Both the position numbers and the translations under genes were made by a program. Of a stretch of DNA of 64,000 bases, positions 59,601-64,000 are shown piece by piece. This DNA is from Ruditapes philippinarum. Its lineage: Eukaryota. The stretch is taken from positions 248,001-312,000 of the forward strand of contig NW_026852746.1 in assembly GCF_026571515.1 (NCBI RefSeq). The letters are read 5' to 3'. A model generated the notes under the pieces. The model was given only the letters and a program-made list of their open reading frames with translations, did not search any database and was not told the DNA's origin. Numbering within the stretch: position 1 is the first letter of the stretch; each line of letters begins with the position of its first letter.

Positions 59601-61371
59601 CAAGTTAACAAAATGTAAAAAAATTGAAAAAACGAAAGCAAAAAATGTGTTTAGTGAACTATAATAAGTTGAAAAAGTACACATTTTGACATTTTTAATT
59701 TGTTTATGATAATGAAAATATCTGAGACATTCACATAACGGGTTTTTTTACGAAAATACGAAAAGTATATGTTGACGGTATACCAGAATGTAATAGTAAT
59801 TGCAATAAGAAATGAAAAAGTAAACTCATATTAAGCTGCTTTTCTTTCATTGGACCTGCGTCTTGCAAATATATTCAAGAGAAAACGATTTACATATTAA
59901 ATGTAAAATACGCGAGCGAAGCTGAAGTCCTTTACAACGAAAGGAAGCATTTTCATGCAAGCAACCGTAAGCAACAAAGCATGCGAATGATATTTACAAA
60001 TATGTCAATAATTTGGTGTTTGTTTTAACAGTTTTTAATTCGTTAAATGGAATACATAGCGTTTTGTAATCATGGCAAAGAAGGTGAATAAAAAGGACGA
60101 TAAATAAGACCAGTCAAATTAATATATGTTGGACTATCAAACATTTTTTAACCCTTGAAAATAATTGCATATATTTATATTTTAATTTGAAGATAAGAAT
60201 TAAAAGGTGAAAATAATTGATTGTTACTTCTCTCTGCATAATGAAACCTGAGGGTCAAATGCAAATAAGGTTCGATCTGAGGTATATTATCACATAAACG
60301 GCGAGCAGCAACTAAGTATTAGAGTCTATAATATCTATGCTCGGTCTGGAATGAGATACGGTGTTAAGACATTGCCGTTTATTTTTTGTTGAAATTGACA
60401 GTTGTCGAATTTAACCCAAAAATTAATTTATTAAATGGTTTAAATTACATGCCGGAAAATTCCCATGTTTTTTTACAAAACCCTGAAAAAATAAAATTGA
60501 ACTGTTCTGATGTTTGTCATTTCTGAGAATAATTATAGGTGCAAGTTTTGTTGTGAAGTTAAATGCTTGAACAGATCATGATGTTGTCAGGAAACAAATC
60601 AAATAAATCTACATGTCATGGGAATATGATCTAGATAATTTCCCTGTATTGTTGATGGTTCCAGTTATTGGTTTCAAAATGTTATTAGAGTCTGAAGATG
60701 CAGACCTAAGTGTTGCCTTTTACGCGAGTCTTTGACTTATATTGTTTAAGGCTGCCTTCATGTTTACAGATCTACGGTAATTATCATGAGAAAATATTAT
60801 GAGGTTGTTTTTGTCATTTTGTGCGTTCGCTCATGCACTCAAGTGCCGAGTAGCAAGGTTTTAAATTTACATAATTACATATCGTAATTGTCTTTTAATA
60901 CTCTAAATTTAACTACATATTTTAAAAAAAGTATTTAAGTACATGTATATTTGATCGAAAAAAATGTGTAAAAGTCATGCGCCTTATTTTATGTTTATAT
61001 CTATAATTTATTCGTTACAACATAGTGATATTTTACTTTTTAATTGATCGTTATAAAAAATAGAAAATGTTATATTTTCTTATTGTTTGTCTCTTTTAAC
61101 AATGAGGCAACATACTTGTATATAAAACCATTTTTACCGTCATAATGAGACAGAGTAATATATTATATAAATTATGTTTACAAGTCATTAATAGTATTTT
61201 ATATAAGTACACAATAATCTTACAGAAAATGGCTAATAAATTATTTACTCATCTCAAACGTCCAGACATCGGACGCGGGAGTTTACCAGTGCGAGGCCGA
61301 AGACTACAACGGTTGCTATAGCTCCAAAGAAGGCAAACTACAGGTAGTAAATGTGAAGTCTCATGGAAAAT
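23671..61371 (+). CDS. Secreted modular protein, signal peptide-CUB-CUB-CUB-EGF-Ig-Ig; continues past the right edge (possibly a MASP-related serine protease)
   Basis: Phase-consistent GT-AG exons: 23671-23728 (MDKLINCIYGFCVLDVIII, least certain), 24054-24147 (MCGGDIDF), 25022-25120 (ECTWTLKT..FSIEKSENC), 45586-45755 (SDYVQI..HCG..FKSDGSTEYKGFKF), 46386-46489, 46934-47036, 47317-47479, 50278-50490 (FDYFDMENADDC), 50860-51012 (SCG..KTDES), 51205-51253, 51552-51678 (EGF CQNGGTC..CYCPKGFKGDDC), 54061-54185, 55779-55854, 57889-58000 (EGQYSC), 59116-59258 (LTC..VRWKKDG), 61226-61371 (DAGVYQC). Two +1 frameshifts in A runs (~47407, ~61238). Confidence 0.88.
27352..27828 (+). repeat. Left TIR, built from short palindromic modules
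   Basis: First ~175 bp nearly identical to the reverse complement of the right end, then arrays of GAATTCACGA / TCGTGAATTC / ATTTCA / TGAAAT. Confidence 0.9.
27841..27923 (+). promoter_or_regulatory. Candidate transposase promoter
   Basis: Perfect CRE TGACGTCA (27841-27848) and TGCGCA between the TIR and ATG 27924. Confidence 0.4.
27924..29716 (+). pseudogene. Decayed spliced DDE integrase-core transposase (IS3EU-type) with N-terminal HTH and hydrophobic leader
   Basis: Exon 1 27924-27953 (GTAAGT donor), exon 2 from 28507. Motifs: ITHYFTMGYKYKEI / KLSLRHLKRVLKSLNLRR (HTH), GYKTMWKRLR, DPAGMERRKRKRL, WHIEGYDKIKSFGFAIHG-IDGYSRRI, IRSDRGTENV, GKST*NQRIESLWAMLRR, FWINLFKDM. Several stops and frameshifts. 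Confidence 0.85.
30310..30509 (+). mobile_element. tRNA-derived SINE
   Basis: A box TGGCCTAATGG, B box GGTTCGAACCC, body CAGTACTGGTTGGTTCAAGGAAGCGGACTCGAG, tail AAACTAAACTAA. Confidence 0.8.
32560..32905. repeat. Array of AT-rich palindromes (core GTTAACTAGTTACGTAACTAGTTAAC)
   Basis: About five core copies; perfect 46-bp palindrome at 32572-32617. Confidence 0.9.
33880..34090 (-). mobile_element. Short 3'-end fragment resembling the tail of the Penelope-like element at 22240-22320
   Basis: Minus strand ends GGGATTACGTTCCTTGAATGCCGCCTTTCCTTGTTGATCTTG, similar to GGGCTGCGTTCTGTGAACGTCGTTTTTGCCTTGTTAATCTT. Confidence 0.4.
35025..35245 (+). mobile_element. tRNA-derived SINE with (AAAC)n tail
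   Basis: B box GGTTCGATCCC, tail GACTGAAATACTGTTG..AAAAGGCGTAAAA then (AAAC)n; flanked by TGTTTCAT on both sides (TSD-like). Confidence 0.8.
35367..35742 (+). repeat. 5' LTR (376 bp)
   Basis: I see only one substitution and one 1-nt indel relative to the 3' LTR; contains TGAGTCA (AP-1-like), TATAAAA and ATTAAA. Confidence 0.97.
35876..36799 (+). CDS. gag: Gypsy Gag with two CCHC zinc knuckles (frameshifted in this sequence)
   Basis: ORF pieces 35861-36235 and 36183-36782: FDGNTKYFNDWIKSIEKY capsid-like segment, CVYCKRPGHHVRSC, CWKCNNFGHIMREC; natural stop probably the TAG at 36797-36799. Confidence 0.9.
36790..36833 (+). promoter_or_regulatory. Candidate -1 programmed ribosomal frameshift signal at the gag-pol junction
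   Basis: G GAA AAC TAG, 6-nt spacer, then perfect 10-bp stem GTTCCTGTCA / TGACAGGAAC with an 11-nt loop. Confidence 0.7.
36790..40793 (+). CDS. pol: Gypsy Pol (protease, RT, RNase H, integrase), broken by several frameshifts and stops in this sequence
   Basis: PR SLVDSGAEVC..ILGRDWL; RT KLRPYRTP, FCVDFR, YPLPLIDD, KTAFTT, SYLDDILIFS; RH LYTDSSD, YTDHKPL; IN H..GHPG..CVDC, IVTDNGSEF, GNAKNERSH, GPY/F-like KLDVNWKPFYRI; acidic tail. Confidence 0.93.
41813..41976. repeat. 40-bp tandem repeat, 4 copies, in the Gypsy 3' non-coding region
   Basis: Unit GCAGATATAACCATAAACACCTTCTTCGATGTAAAACCAT; an (ACA)n microsatellite follows at ~42033-42057. Confidence 0.95.
43370..43744 (+). repeat. 3' LTR (375 bp)
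   Basis: Direct repeat of 35367-35742. Confidence 0.97.
44562..44928 (-). repeat. Right TIR of the IS3EU-like element
   Basis: Reverse complement of the left TIR over the outer ~175 bp; same palindromic modules in a different order inside. Confidence 0.9.
45935..46209 (+). mobile_element. tRNA-derived SINE with 11-bp TSD
   Basis: A box TAGCTCAATCGGTAAGAGC, B box GGTTCAATTCCC, body GAGGTTCCGTGT..GCACGCTAAAGAACC; TSD TATACCACTCT at 45924-45934 and 46210-46220. Confidence 0.85.
47683..49114 (+). mobile_element. Helentron-associated (HINE/pearl-like) element with an internal ~167-bp satellite array (~7 units)
   Basis: Subterminal inverted repeats GTCCCCCGCC / GGCGGGGGAC, (TCCG)n microsatellite at 47732-47760, tandem units with CCAAGGTCAAGGTCACACTTAGAGGTCA, 3' palindrome GTAAC-TCT-GTTAC, T-rich flanks. 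Confidence 0.85.
51737..52435 (+). mobile_element. Terminally redundant retroelement-like repeat, same family as 8039-8400
   Basis: ~67-bp direct repeat at 51737-51803 and 52367-52435; conserved blocks shared with 8039-8400. Confidence 0.65.
52461..52532 (+). mobile_element. tRNA-derived fragment (SINE head or tRNA pseudogene)
   Basis: A box TAACTCAGTAGGTAGAG, B box GGTTCGATACC; stems imperfect. Confidence 0.5.
54500..55242. mobile_element. Probable Kolobok-type MITE
   Basis: TTAA|GGTGTATTACC ... GGTGATAATACC|TTAA imperfect TIRs; internal B-box-like GGTTCAATCCCC. Confidence 0.45.
56430..57090 (+). mobile_element. Decayed CR1-like LINE 3' end
   Basis: Residual frame THWFFN..HTLLLYCSKSLSNNQNVELFQV..YIDSTKRF fits the CR1-group ORF2 C-terminus (H.FF.C..LL.G...L...N..IF..V..I..TKRF); 3' UTR ends AAATAAAATATGTTTAAAC. 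Confidence 0.55.
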
Positions 61372-62313
61372 GTAAGTTCAAATATTGCTTATAAATTTTG
61401 AGTCAATTTTTTTCCTTTTCCATAAAATTAATATAAACGCTTGTTAGTCTTACGGTAATGCTTTTATTATTTTGGCTCTTTTCATAGAAATAGTTTCTGC
61501 AGAATGGGTAATACTTATTATATAACGTCTTTACGTCACACATTCTTTGTAGAAAACTCATAAATTAAATATAAAATCAATCAGGTATGTAGTAACTTTA
61601 ATATTATCTTGCTTACGGCTTATAAGAATACTTTATAAACATTGGCAATTAAATCAAGTTTTAAACATCTTTGTTTCCGCTATATCTTAAGATACAAAAT
61701 AAAATTTGTCAATGTTGTTTGAATCATTTAATTTACTTGATATGATCTGCACATGGAAAAAAATACTAGTTTCCAAGGCAGTGTTCTATCAGTCAATTTT
61801 TAGGCCCCCTTTAGGCGGAAAAGTGGGATATTGTTTTGCAAATGTTAGCGATCGAAATTTAGTTCGTTTAACTTTAGCTTTCGAGCTTCATCGGAAATGG
61901 TCACCCTAAAAGACCACTACTGTTTTAAGGTGCCGATTCTTGAAAGTAAATGTCACAATGACCTTAAATTTTAAACTTTTAGCTCAATAACTTTAGAAAC
62001 ATGTGACCTTTACATTAAACATTTAATGTAACGATCGCTGTTATTGAGTTTAAATGCGTCTTTTGATTTTTGGACCTCGATAAATAAAGGCCAAAGTCAA
62101 AGTGAAAATGACAGTGAAAACTAAACTATTTTGTCATTAACTTATGAACCATTCACTAATTTGAGAACTTTTTAACCTTTTGAAACTTTATAATTATGTT
62201 GATTAATCTTATAAATTTATGGGTGCAGTATTTGTGCCGATTCTTAAAATTCAAGGACGCAGTGACCTTAAATAAAAATTTATTGATGCTCAACAATTTT
62301 TAAAATCAGTTAA

Positions 62314-62948
62314 AGCTGCATTAAATGAATTTCTTAAAAACAGAAATAGTGACATTTCATTAGTAAATTTGGTTTCATATCGACTCCAGATCTTATTATG
62401 GTGTCAGGGCAACCAAAATGAGTTTTATAAGCATAAACATCTGCGACCTCATTGTGGCGAAATCGGAATTTGCATGAGAAACTCCGCCTTCGGGTCATCC
62501 GTACATCAATATTAAATCAACAAACATGGTTATAAGTAGCAGTCCTAATATAACGGTATATTTACGCTTTGTAACGGTTGTTTTTATACAAATTTAATAT
62601 TTTTACGAGATGATTATCTTTTTTCTGAACGTTATGCCAAGTGCACCGTGAAGCTAAAACGGTTAAAGTGCGTATGCACATGAAAATCTCGTATTTGCTG
62701 TGTTCTGTATAGCAACTATAACACTGTGACGTATCACATACATGAACTGATTATATAGTCTTCATATGCATGTTAAAATTCGTATACGAACTTAAGTGTT
62801 ACCTTGGGGTTTTCCGTTTAAAATCTTAATTTGTGAACAATAATTGATGAGATTTACAACAATACTGTTAATAAGGTTAATAAAACAGTAGAATACTTGG
62901 TTAATATGCCGACTGCAAAATATTTTTACATTTTTATTTAATGTAACT
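62314..62948. mobile_element. Kolobok-type non-autonomous DNA transposon, copy 2 of 11168-11812
   Basis: TTAA|AGCTGCATTAAAT ... ATTTAATGTAACT|TTAA; collinear with copy 1. Confidence 0.8.
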
Positions 62949-63757
62949 TTAACCCATGGCATTCAAACTTTAAAAGATAATTACCTTACTTGGACGCCGA
63001 TGCACAAAGATCAATGTCAAAGTGACCTTGAATGTTTGAAATATTTTTCCTCATATATTGAGAACCATTTTACATTATAACGTTCAAATTTCATAAAATG
63101 ATAAGATCGCCGCCATTGAGAAGAAGACCCCTATGGTGTTTGGTCACAAACGCGTGCAGATCAATGTCACAGTGACTTTGATTGTTTTCAAACTCTAGAG
63201 AACCGATTAATCAACAGCCTTTACTTCATTTGATGATTACCCCCCAACATTAAAGATGTTTTGGGTACCTTTGCATAATGGATGCCAAACAGAAAACCCC
63301 AAAATTTTAAAAAATTTTTAATTAAAAATTTTGGAAAAAAAAAATCGTTTAATTTAAAAACAGAAAAAATAACAAAGTAAGTTATTCAACTTTTTGGTTT
63401 TTAAAAAGATATAATTGAATTGAAAAGTGAAAAAAAAAGTTTGAATGAAACCTCATTAAATTAGGGAACAGCTCAACTGAACACAAATCTTTTTTTAAGA
63501 TTATGAAGAAATTTTTTACATTTTTTAAAACAAAGCTCATTTTTTTTTTCAAAATTCCCAAATTAATACACTTTAAAGATCATGAGGGAAATCTTAGGGA
63601 CTTTTTAAAGTTTTTCCCTTTTTTTAAAACCTTACTTTAATTGAAAAAAGTATGCATGTATATATCTTAGTTCAGAGACTTTTAATGCAGTTTGGTGAAT
63701 ACATGTCACTTTTCAATAGGGATACTTATCAAATCAGATAAAAATTTGAAATTATTT

Positions 63758-63992
63758 GAGCCGTGTCATGACAAAACCAACATAGTGCGTTTGCGACCAG
63801 CATGGATCCAGATCAGCCTGCTCATCCATACAGTCTGATCAGGACCCATGCTGTTCGCCTACAAATCCTATTACAAGTAGAAAAATCGAAAGCGAACAGC
63901 ATGGATCCTGATCAGACTGCGCGGATGCGCAGGCTGGTCTGGATCCATGCTGGTCGCAAACCCATTATGCTGGTTTTGTCATGACACGGCTC
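63758..63992. mobile_element. Foldback MITE (~100-bp inverted arms)
   Basis: GAGCCGTGTCATGACAAAACCA..TTTGCGACCAGCATGGATCCAGA.. mirrored by ..TCTGGATCCATGCTGGTCGCAAA..TGGTTTTGTCATGACACGGCTC. Confidence 0.85.
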
Positions 63993-64000
63993 TTTTCGTT

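Noticed and set aside
61795-63250. Old Helentron-like satellite element around the Kolobok copy
   Set aside because: GACCTT/AAGGTCA-type motifs suggest it, but boundaries and units are too decayed to define.
63802-63984. 60-aa ORF MDPDQ..
   Set aside because: Lies wholly inside the foldback MITE.

Overview
AT-rich eukaryotic genomic DNA, most likely a bivalve mollusc (inferred from the gene and repeat families). Host genes look immune-related: (i) the 5' part of a minus-strand, spliced, secreted SRCR-domain gene running off the left edge, whose first SRCR exon is frameshifted by a 23-nt insertion matching a repeat tail; (ii) two tandem, intronless, RING-less B-box/coiled-coil/NHL-like (TRIM-like) paralogs; (iii) a long plus-strand spliced gene (signal peptide-CUB-CUB-CUB-EGF-Ig-Ig...) running off the right edge. 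Its 20.5-kb third intron holds a 17.6-kb DNA transposon (27352-44928) with TAC...GTA termini, a perfect 6-bp TSD (CTATAT) and long modular palindromic TIRs, i.e. IS3EU-like. It carries two convergent spliced genes: a decayed DDE integrase-core transposase that begins with a signal-peptide-like leader, and an internally deleted protein-kinase-like gene. Nested inside are a satellite-bearing Helentron-type repeat, SINEs and a very young full-length Gypsy LTR element with a -1 frameshift signal. Elsewhere: Kolobok-type and IS3EU-type MITEs, tRNA-derived SINEs, Penelope and CR1 fragments, and a small terminally redundant repeat family with a covarying RNA structure of unknown function. All exon structures and alignments were read by eye; no searches were run.
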